Source: Takakia lepidozioides (Eukaryota; Plantae; Bryophyta). From it: 64,000 bases of DNA. Each line of letters opens with the position of its first letter. The first letter of the stretch is position 1. Of this stretch, positions 48,985-59,393 are shown one piece after another. Both the position numbers and the translations under genes were made by a program. The notes below the pieces were generated by a model. That model worked only from the letters and a program-made list of their open reading frames with translations. It searched no databases and was not told where the DNA came from. The DNA lies in NCBI GenBank assembly GCA_030704615.1, contig CM060733.1:21452001-21516000 (forward strand). Reading direction: 5' to 3'.

Positions 48985-49420
48985 AGGGGTGAGGGGGATT
49001 AGACAACCAGGGATGAGGCCGGGGGGTCGGAGGGGGGGATCAGGGGGATTAGGGGATCAGGGGGCTCAGGTTCAAGGTGGTAGGGGGATGAGGGGATGAA
49101 GAAGACAAGGGATTGTATAAGGGGTTAGCGGGGATCGGGGAAGCAGGGGAACGGGCGGGAGAGATCAAGGAACCAGGGGAGTGGCCGGGCAAATGAGGGG
49201 ATCGGGGAACCAGGGGAACGGGTGGGGGAACAGGGGATCAGGGAACCAGGGGAATGGTTGGGGAGATCAGGGAATTAGGGAAGCAGGGGAACCGGCCGAG
49301 AGAAGAGGGGATCAGGGAACCAGAGGAACAAGCCGGGAGATGAGGGGATCATGGAGGGAATGTCAGGAGGTGGACGGGGGATGAGGGATGGCAGCTTTCA
49401 AATCGGAGGATCGGGGGATT
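48985..49420. repeat. G-rich GGGGATCAGG/GGGAACCAGG low-complexity repeat
   Basis: Read directly; the complementary TGATCCCC repeats lie at ~51970-52350. Confidence 0.8.
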
Positions 49421-49463
49421 ACTGGTGAAAAGTCGCGTGTGAAGGGGCAAGTTGTGAAAGGTC

Positions 49464-49976
49464 ATGTCCGTGTTTTGCTCTATGAAAGGTCACGTCCCTT
49501 GCATGTACGAGTGGTGCATAAGCACGCAACAAAAACTGAAAATAAACCCCAAAGCAAAATCTGAAATTTGCCCAACAATGGCGGAGAGCCCAAAGTCGGA
49601 AGATGACCCAGAGCCCACAAACTTTCGCTTTAATCCAAGACAGTGCCATTTGCTCTCTGAAAGGGACGATGATACTGAAGCATCGGTTTTATGGTGCACT
49701 GCCTTACAAATGCAATGGTATCCTCCTTTTCAAATGGAGAACTTTGAACTGGTGGTTTATAAGACAAAATGGCTTTCAAAACCACATATACGGTGTCCGA
49801 TATGTTATATACATTATGGGAATCCAAATGGTTCCCACCGAGGTCACCACAAATGTCTCTCATACCACTGTGAATCGCACAAAACAGTATGGGTCACTGA
49901 ACACAAGGCGCTGGCTTTAATAATTGCCCTGCCGGATGACAGCCGCACTGCCTTGTTGAGCGAACTCTTTGGGTGA
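49464..49976 (+). CDS. Small Cys/His-rich hypothetical protein inside the MULE
   Basis: Open frame with probable ATG at 49578; CPICYIHY...HRGHHKCLSYHCESH. Confidence 0.4.
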   Translation: MSVFCSMKGHVPCMYEWCISTQQKLKINPKAKSEICPTMAESPKSEDDPEPTNFRFNPRQCHLLSERDDDTEASVLWCTALQMQWYPPFQMENFELVVYKTKWLSKPHIRCPICYIHYGNPNGSHRGHHKCLSYHCESHKTVWVTEHKALALIIALPDDSRTALLSELFG

Positions 49977-50582
49977 TACATGGGGGAGCAGTGCACGGTG
50001 AAGGGGACTGGGCATATAAGTCCATTGCGAAGCCGCAGGGGATGGGGGGATGAGGGGGAGCAATGAATGGGAAGGGGATCACGGGGAGCTGAGCACAACC
50101 TTGGGAAGCAGCGGTGTGAGGGGGCCAGCTGTGATGAGAAGGGGGATGAAGGGGATCAGGGAACCTCTGCCATTTCAGGGGAGCAGAGGCCGAAGCACTA
50201 CACGAAGAGGGGGATGATGGGAGGAGGGGAGCAGTGTGCTTGCAATGCAAAAAAAGGTGGCAGGGAACGCACTAGAGACTGGTGGCAACCATTTTTCAGT
50301 ATTGGAATTCAGGACTGTTAATTTAAAGGCTAAACATAAAAGTGGGTAGTAATTTGTGTTTTGAACATCACTGCAAATGCATGCATACAAACTCAATTGC
50401 AATAAAGATCATCCACATCTCCTTCATTCCATTGTGAATCACAGAACACATGCGTCACTGAACATAGCTTCAGCCATTTTGAATAATGAGAAATTGTTTG
50501 ATACCAAATGCTTCGATGAGAATGCAATCTCAGGGAAATCAGCAATCTGAATGGGAGCACGAGAGCATAAACGTGCTTGCTC

Positions 50583-52650
50583 TCAACCCTTCAATCTGGG
50601 ACGCCCAACTTGACGAAGTGCATGCAAAATAGACGAAGATGGAAGGATTGCTGAGACTCTTTTGGATCCAAGACGTCTTGATTTCCGTGACATAGAAACC
50701 TCTACCCAATCCTTTCTTCTCTTCAAACTCATTCCCGATCCATCCTGAACACGTTCAAATCTTCTTACAAGATGTGGGTGGAGAAGACCCGCAGCCATGC
50801 GTGTGGCCATTTGCGCTAGCTTTCCTCTCGTGACACGAAGGTCACTCAAAAGATGGTTCTAAATAGCCATGTTACCCTTCACACAGACTTCCAAACCGAG
50901 CATCTCCTTTACGATGGCCTTCATGATGGTTGCCTGCGATTCATGGTGGGGCTGTTGCTCCCCCAAGACATTGCCAGCCGGAACCGTGTCTGGTGCAGGG
51001 GGATCAATGCCACACATGGGATCTGTGTCACACGGGGGCTCCGTAGCGGACAAGGGATCAAGGTCGACCAGCTTGGCCATGCCCCCATTGAGTGTCCCAA
51101 GTCGTGTTCCACAAGTTTGGACAATTAAACCCTCTGGTACATGTGGCCGCAACATCTTGAACACCTTCACTTGGTGCTTGCATAGGTTCCCTTCCATGGC
51201 GTTAGGGCAGTCACAACAAGCCCACTCGGATGCTGGATTGCATATAGTGTGTACAGTGCCTGGAGAAGACATGCTTTTTCCCTTCGCAGGATCCCCCGTG
51301 TGCTCGGGCAATTCCACGTTGGATTCTGGTATCTGCCCAGCCATCCACACCGCATTTTGCACGAAATGTTCCATCCTAGAGTTGCGAATGAACCCTTCAG
51401 TTTTCAAGGTCAAAATGTACCAGTAGTGTGTGAGGAGGCTACCTGTTAGGATGTAGACCAACCAATCCAGTCGACGCCCATCCATTTTCTGTCTTGTTTG
51501 GGACAAGCGCCTCTTTAGGTTCGCATGGTACGCTTCAATTCCAGCATTCATATCTTGTCCGGCATGTGGGATATTTCGAGCTCCAACAACCCACATGTCC
51601 ACTTTCGGGATCCACCATTTGTGGATATACAAGAAGAACACTTTAGCTGCGGGATACTTTGTTTGTAACTCATACAATCTAAACACAGCCCTGGCCTGCG
51701 AAGAGTCACCAATGGGACCACCTTTATTGTACATGATGTCACCCATACCTTGCAAGACATCGGCCCTTAACTGGGCATCCTTGATCTTCTCGATGGCATT
51801 CCTTAGCCAGGCCCTTCGAACATGCCAAAGGCACAGGAAAACCGGCACCCCTGGGAACGTATGCCTGAACCATCCACAAAACGGCATTAGCAAGGCCACT
51901 ACAACACCACAACAGGACCACCACAAAATCAGATACCAGTATGAATCTCTGATAAGTGCTCCCTGCTCGTGATCCCCTGATCCCCTTTGACTGAAACCCC
52001 TCATGCAGATCCGGTGAAGGCAATGAAAGGGGAATACATGAGCCCTCCTATGGCCAATGAAAGGCCGATAAAAATCACATTGTCAGATCAAACATGTGCT
52101 AGTCCTGATCCCCTGGTACCCTGAGTGTCCGAAGTCCCTGATCACTGATCCCATAATTGATCCCCTTTCACTGATCCCCCCATGCAACCTTGGCCCCTGG
52201 ACCCTCGATCATTGTCGGATGTGAGATCTGCAGCTCCTGATCCCCTGCTACCCTCCCCTGGTCCCCTGATCACTGATCTCATAATCGATCCCCTTTCACT
52301 GTTCCCCCTTGCAACCCTACACTCTTGGTCCCCTCTACACGGATCCCTTGGCAGGAAACATTGTGACTGTTCCCCTCTCAGTGCTCCCCTCATGTACTGC
52401 AAGGCAATGGAAGTTCATTGGTAGGGGGGAGGGATTGAGAACAAACCAAATGGCGTTAATCTCAGCATCGGCATTGTCCACAATGAATGCGTTGGGAAGC
52501 CAATATGGCTGATCGGCCTGGAGCCTTTGACGAAGAGCCAACATCCAACTTGACAAATCGTTGGCATTGTTTCTTGAAGATATTATGTATGCAACAGGGA
52601 TGCCGTTCAGCCAAATGTCGAAGACCATAAGAGTATACATGGCATACTGC
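50583..52650 (-). pseudogene. MULE transposase with SWIM zinc finger, 5'-truncated by an LTR element
   Basis: YTLMVFD..LNGIPVAY...AFIVDNADAEINAI|intron|FPGVPVFLCLWHVRRAW...NAGIEAYHANLK...CDCPNAMEGNLCKH. Confidence 0.88.
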
Positions 52651-52940
52651 ACACAAAGACAAAAATGTGCAATGTAAGTACTTTTGTTTTGAAAATAGGC
52701 GAAACATTTTACTGAAATTAATGACAAGAAATCACAGGAGGTGAACCCCGAACCCTGCAACCCCTTCTGTTCTCATTTTAGTATTATGTGATCCCCCCTG
52801 TGGGCTATGCCATGATCCCCTGGAAGGAGACCATCCCTCCATCATTCCTCTCTATAACCCCCCAAGGCATGCATTTGCTAAGCTGTCTTCCCTCCTGCCT
52901 GCGCACCCCTCACTACGAATCACACAAGTACACGTCATGG

Positions 52941-53587
52941 TGTCGCGCGGCTTTTACTCACCCATCCCTTCGCTATCCGAGGCGGAAACTCCAAGATAGA
53001 AGAGTTGGAAATCTCTAAGTACTCAGCCCGCTCAGAACAATCAGTCATGATCTACAGCTAGTGTATCACGGGGGTGTTTCCTATTTGTTTTCCTTTCCGC
53101 ATTCATGTTAGCTAGCTACCTTACTATTGATAATTGAGTATCAGTTTGCTCATCAACTCATCCATTCATTCCACAGCTTCACTCAGATCTCTCTACACAG
53201 TGTGATTGTATCATATAAGTATCAGATTATGATTTATCAGGTATCAGGCCGAAGCCATTGTGTCTCTAATCTCCTCTACAATATCACTACAGCTTTGCAT
53301 ATAACAAGCATTTACTAATCATCTCTCCTCCTTCACCGTGCTCTCCATGCTTGCTTTCGTTCTTGCTGTCCACCCGATCCCCTCTCATCCATGACCAAGA
53401 ATCCTCTCCCCCGAGTGCTTCCAAGATTGATCCTCTTCTCAGTCCTTGCTTCTCCCTTTATCTTCCTACCCGTGGCTCTAACCGTTTCCCTCACTAACCG
53501 TCGTCCGTGAACTAACATGTTCCATTTGCAGGTGTTGTTCCCCACAGTCGTTCCCTGTCCTGCTATCCGTTCCCTATGGTCGTGACA
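52941..53587. repeat. LTR-like segment, TGTCGCG...CGTGACA (647 bp)
   Basis: 6/7 terminal inverted repeat. Lies at the 3' side of the gypsy element; no partner within the window. Confidence 0.6.
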
Positions 53588-53866
53588 GCTGTGTCAAGCT
53601 GTGACTGGCTGTGTGAAACTGTGACGGGCTGTGACTGGCTGTGCGACTGTGTTTGGCTGTGACTGGCTGTGACGACTGTGACGGGCTGTGTTGGCTGTGT
53701 CGGCTGTGACGAGCTGTGATGGCTATGTCGGCTGTGACGACTGTGTTGGCTGTGTTGGCTGTGTCGGCTGTGACGGGCTGTGTCGGCTGTGACGACTGTG
53801 ACGGGCTGTGTTGGCTGTGTCGGCTGTGACGACTATGTTGGCTGTGACGACTGTGACGGGCTGTGT
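53588..53866. repeat. GGCTGTGAC minisatellite; PPT-like AGAGAGGGG on the minus strand at 53869-53877
   Basis: Read directly; a related array lies at 58292-58505. Confidence 0.85.
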
Positions 53867-54027
53867 AACCCCTCTCTACAGTGCGCTGTTATCACCCCTA
53901 AGGCTCCTGTTGGTCTCAGTCTGTGCAAAAATTAAGGGTACTCCTCAGATCCCGTAAAAATGTCTAAGTCCCTGGTAGTCCTCTAACATTACCCCTTCCC
54001 CTCTCAAAAAGCCGTGTCCTCACGGTT

Positions 54028-57000
54028 TTACTGTTTGGGATTAGCAAACCTTTGTGAGTGAGCACCCTTATGACGTTGAGAGTCTCGTGAAGGACTTTGT
54101 GTGCGAGCCCGAGGTCTGCCACTGGTTGACGGAGATGATTGAACACTACCTGGATATGTAAGGCCCTCTGGAGGCTGATATCGAGGTAATCTTTCAGGCA
54201 TAGGAGACCCCCGTTGCTTCTTTTCTTCCATCTGAATTGCATAGTCTTCTCCCATGTCAAAAGAATCCCTCGAAGAAACAGTTGTATCAGAATCTTCATC
54301 GCCTCTCAGGTGTTTTAATTGTCGAACTTTTGGTGGAATCCTGTGGGGCATACAATGTTGTCCTACCATGTCTGGAAGTTTATATTTTAAAACTTGGTAT
54401 AAACGCTGAACTACAAAATTGGTGAAGACACTGAGCTCCTTGTCTGTCCAGGTGAGTGGGGTACCAATGACTTGTGACTTGTTCAAGTATTTCCATGCCA
54501 CCTGTGCCTTAGAGAAAATATCATCAATGCCGAATTTCTGTGTTGACAAATTGTTCCAGGCTGCCTGAAACCATGAACGAATTTGAGAATCATTTTGCAT
54601 CATAACTTTTGGCTCATATAGGTACATATGAGGTAGCACTGAAGGTAAGACCCAATGATCCCCACTGGAATAACTCAGAAAGCGCGCTTGCATCTTTTGC
54701 TGCTCAATGTGATAACGTACCAGAAAACAAGCAGCGTAGTATAATCCACATCCCATGACAATACTCGCTACCTCCTTGGTCTTGGTATAAATGAATCCAT
54801 GTACAACTTGGAAGGCAATTAATTCCCTCAACATTGTACCTGCCTCATGCCAGTATTATGCAAAGTGATGATCTTCAATTGGTCGATTGTTCGGAAGAAC
54901 TTTAGTCCTAGTTGCCACTGGCAGCCAAATGCGCATGATTTGGTAGTAATGTGCAAATGACTGCGGAGGACTAAATTCTTTCCAAGCCAAATCCAACATG
55001 ATGGGAATTTGGTTGAAGGGCAGAATCATAGCCCTACTGTACTCCCTTGCAGCTGGAGTTTTAGGTGGGTTAAAAGCAGCATTGCCCCATACCTCAGACT
55101 GTGGTGGCTGTGGTGTAGTTGTAGTAACAACAGGGTCAGTTATTGGCACAGTGACTTGCTGTGATGTTGGTGGCACTGGCTCTTGTACCATTGGCATCTC
55201 TTGCACCTCCTGTGAAGAAGACTGAAAAGCTAAAGTTCTCGCTTTTAAATAAGAAGCCATTAGCTGTTCATCAGGTACACAGACTCTCTTGTCGATATTT
55301 GAAGTGAGGTCCTCCACTTGAGTCTGCAGGCCATCTATATCCTCCTGTAACTCCGCTATCCTACTATAGACATTGTCTATAGTAGTTGTGGCAATGTTCT
55401 GCACTTGCAGCTTGAGCTCATTCATCTCGCTTTGGGTGAGCTTTCGTGGCGCTTTGCCCTCCACTGGCCCTTGTGCTAACCAGACCTGCATAAGGTGGTT
55501 ATCCACCAAGTTGCTTGTGGTTCCTCTGAGAGTGTGCTCCTCTCTTTGTTTGTACACATCTAACTGCTGTTGTAAAGCCTCCATGCGCTTCGCATGAGGT
55601 TCAACCAAATTCGCATAGGCAGCAGCCAGATTATTGGCTTCCTTCCAAGCTTTGTTAGCCACAGAGAGTTCATTTCTATTGGCCATGACCGTTTGTTGCA
55701 ACTCCAGGATGTGCCTCTCTTGGTCAGCTTCAACCTGCCTGTATTGCTTGAAAGTATCCTCATTGCGACAGATTGTATTATTCATGTCGACAATGAGTTT
55801 CATTTGCTCAACATTCTCTGCTTCTGCCTTCATATTTTTTTCCGCTTGACTGTTTATTTCTATTGTAGATTGGTCAAGCATAGTTGTGAGTGTAGCACAT
55901 TGGATGGCCATCCTGTCATGCACTGTCTGCAACTCCGTATGTAGTGTATTTACTTGTTGCAACTTGCTTTCATGCTTCACCTGCATTTGGTATAGCTGTT
56001 GCTTATGTGCTTCGTGCAACTGGTCTTGCGCGAGGCCTGCCTCAATCAATTGTTCCTTGGCCAATTGCAAAGCCGCTTCTGTATTTTCCAAGTCCTGCTG
56101 CATCTTGAGAGTGACCTCCTCATCGACCTTGTTTGCACACTCAGTGGCTAGTCGAGCCTCAAACTCCTTCCTGAGTTCCTCTCTCAAGGCTGTCAATTGG
56201 GTAGTTGGAACATGGGATTTGACATAAGTCCCCAACAAATTAAGTGTCCTGCCTATGGAACTCATCAGCATTGCCTGTTGAGGGTCATCATGGTGAGGTT
56301 GCTGCTGTTCCTCCTGATCCTCAACCGTGTGATGTCTCACGAACCATTCAGGCCATTGTCCCACCGGATTTTCTTCCTGAACCACATCATCCATCACCGG
56401 TGCTGCAGTGTCTTGACATTCTACCTGTGGTACCTCCGACACATGTGTGTGTATTATATGCACCTCAGGATTTCCCTTGGGCAACTGTTGCACCTCTGGA
56501 ATCTCTGTCTCCTTGACCAGACCAGAATATTCATAGAGAAGGTCCCCCTTCTCAATTTCCGCCACTATCTGTTCTGTAGTTGGAATATCTAACCCTTCTT
56601 TTTCCAAATCAATTATTTCTGGTTGAGCTGCATGGACAACTTGTAACCTTGTGACAAGCGATCAGCTGGCTGTGATGGTTGTGATACTGAAGTAACTTTC
56701 TCCTCCCTTTCTGAAGGTCCTGCTTCCAGTAATAGCAGTTCTCTATGCTGCTGTGCCCCTTCCTGCACATGAGCTTGGAAAACATTATCATGCGGAATCC
56801 GTGAAGCCAGTGGATCCGCGACTACAGTCTTTCCCCGTCTCTGCCTCTTAGTCTCGGGTTGCCCTGCTAGTCCACCCTCACTGTGTGAAGAGCCTTGCTC
56901 TTCCATTGCAGTGGTTTCTGGCTCAAACACTCCCATCTCCTTTCTTTCTTGCGCATCAAGTATGCCAGAATCAAGAATTATTTGAGCAATGATTGGGCCA

Positions 57001-57797
57001 GACACTATGATAGGAGACTTTGCGATAGTACCTTGTAATCTTTTCATCTCCTCTACCAGTGCGTTGTACATTATGTCCGCCCATTCTACCTCTTGTCCTT
57101 TCAGGGCTTTGAGTATTTCCTCCGTGAAGGATCTGCTCAAATACTGTTGGTTCTGTTTCATGGCAATCAGAACGTTCAATACCTGGCCTACCTCCTTTAG
57201 CCCTGGGTACACGGCCTTGGTACAAGCATAACCCTGAGTTTTAAAGAAACTCCCTTCTTGGAATAAGTCCCCTATTTGCAGTCTTGCCCTGTGCTCCTCC
57301 ACATGCACCTGACCTGCTGGCAATCGAAACAATTGCTGGAGGTATAGGGAAGTAATTACTAATTCAACTCCCTTCACCGTTGTTGTTCCTGTCCTTGGCT
57401 CAAAGTTCTGCAAGAATTGTAACATGTACTGTCTATGGTGCAATGTCCAATCTATGCTTTGCAATCCTTGCAATCTCAGCTCCTTTAGTATCTGTACTGC
57501 CTGTGGAGTAGCAATCGTTTGTTTCTGCAGGATTGTGGTGCTCTTCACCCTGATTTCCTCCATTCCTCTCACTCTCTTCATTCTAGACCCACAGAAATGT
57601 TTTGGCTGTAACAACTGAAGAAATGCCTGTAGTGCACAAAGCATAAACGTATGGTTGCCACAAAAAGCTATGGGTAATTTCTTGTAAGCCTGTGGGGCTT
57701 GCAAGCATCGCTCAAGAGAAAAGATCCGCTCTGTTGTTTCGTCCCTATGCCACTGCGTAAGTAGTATTGCAAGCGTATAGTCTGTTAGTTCCTCCAT
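54028..57797 (-). pseudogene. ~1250-codon accessory (env-position) ORF with a long coiled coil, broken by one frameshift and one stop
   Basis: ORFs 56613-57797, 54856-56607 and 54028-54834; the last two are in frame across a single TAA. Confidence 0.7.
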
Positions 57798-57941
57798 AGC
57801 TTCAAAGCTATCGCATTGATGGTTTGTCCCTTCGCGACGCCCGTTACTTAGAACGTCGCCGTCTCTTGCGCCTAATTCCCCTCCAATTTCTTGATCCCTT
57901 CTCTGGCTTTTGATTGGCTGTAACCGATGTGACTGGATTTT

Positions 57942-59393
57942 TTATTTAATGTTCTTTAGTGGACTTTCCCTGCTGGACTGTCCACTAGGATTACACATAT
58001 GACAAGAATTTCGCTTTTCTGTACTTGTCGTTTGTTCCGTTCCCCTTTTTCTGTATTCATTAATGGGCCCGCCATTCATCCGAATTGACGCGCTAAGTAG
58101 GTACTTTGACGGCCATTCTTGTCCTCTTTCTTGATGACACATGTTCTTGCACTTCCTTCTCAGCTGTGTGTCGCGCCCTGACTTCCACGTGTCTATTTTT
58201 AAACTGGTTTCCGTCCTTTCTTCCGTCGGCCATTTTCCTGAAGTTAATGTGCGTCCACCTGTCACTGATTCTATGGATTGTGTAACCCTAGTAGGCTGTG
58301 TTAAGCTGTGACAGGCTGTGTCATATTGTGGTACGCTGTGATAGGCTGTGATGCACTGTGGTAAGCTGTGATAGGCTGTGACACGCTGTGGTAGGTTGTG
58401 ATAGGCTGTGTTGCGCCGTGCTGGGCTGTGATAGGCTGTGTCACGTCGTGATGGGCTGTGATAGGTGGTGTCACGTTGTGATTGGCTGTGATAGGCTGTG
58501 TCACGCTTGTTTTGCCCGCCCTGGTCATATATGCTCGGCCTAGCGACAAGTGCTCCATACTCCGTTCGTAACACTGGTGCAGCCTGTGACTGCTCTTGCG
58601 TTTCAACATGCAATTCATGCTGCAATGGTTTGTCATGGATACCACTGTACCCCTTTAACTTATTGGCATTGACTCTTCCCAGCATTTCTTTGTTAATGGT
58701 TTGTAACATGACGGTGTTGTTATCATACATCTTTTGTATGACATAAGGTCCTTTCCATGGTGATTTAAGCTTAGAAGCTTTAATCTTTCCCTTTTTCTCC
58801 AACCATAGAACCAAATCTCCCGTCTTAAAAGTTTTTAACTTGCCTTCATCAAACTGTTCCTTCCTCTTCATCTGAATTCTAGTCATATTATCAGCTGCAT
58901 CAGCACGTACTTCTTCCACATGGTATAATTCATGTTTCCTGACCTTAATGGAATCTTGCAATTCCATTCTCTTTCCCCACTCCATTCTCATGGTAGGTAA
59001 CAGGAATTCCACTGGAAGTAAGGCTTCCATACCATAAACTAATTGGAATGGTGTATACTTAGTGGTGACTTTATATGAAGTCCTGTATGACCACAAAGCT
59101 GTCAATAGCTTTGTATCCCAATCCGTTCTGTTTGCATTGACTATCTTAGCCAAGATAGTACATAGTATTTTGTTGGTAGCCTCTGCCTGTCCATTACCCT
59201 GTGGGTAATATGTTGTACTCTTCCTATGCACAATCATGAATTCTTTAGTCAATAATTCAATGGTCTCATTAATGAAGTGACTTCCCTGATCACTGATAAA
59301 TTCTAAGGGACAGCCAAATCGTGTAAGTATGTTCTCATATAGAAACCTTGCTGTGGACTTGGCTGTGTTGTCCCTCAAAGCTTTAGCTTCCAC
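57942..59393 (-). CDS. Gypsy integrase core/GPY region with a repeat-encoded C-terminal tail
   Basis: DDE core motifs; TAYHS repeats encoded by the 58292-58505 minisatellite. Confidence 0.85.
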   Translation of the reverse strand: MEAKALRDNTAKSTARFLYENILTRFGCPLEFISDQGSHFINETIELLTKEFMIVHRKSTTYYPQGNGQAEATNKILCTILAKIVNANRTDWDTKLLTALWSYRTSYKVTTKYTPFQLVYGMEALLPVEFLLPTMRMEWGKRMELQDSIKVRKHELYHVEEVRADAADNMTRIQMKRKEQFDEGKLKTFKTGDLVLWLEKKGKIKASKLKSPWKGPYVIQKMYDNNTVMLQTINKEMLGRVNANKLKGYSGIHDKPLQHELHVETQEQSQAAPVLRTEYGALVARPSIYDQGGQNKRDTAYHSQSQRDTTYHSPSRRDTAYHSPARRNTAYHNLPQRVTAYHSLPQCITAYHSVPQYDTACHSLTQPTRVTQSIESVTGGRTLTSGKWPTEERTETSLKIDTWKSGRDTQLRRKCKNMCHQERGQEWPSKYLLSASIRMNGGPINEYRKRGTEQTTSTEKRNSCHMCNPSGQSSRESPLKNIK

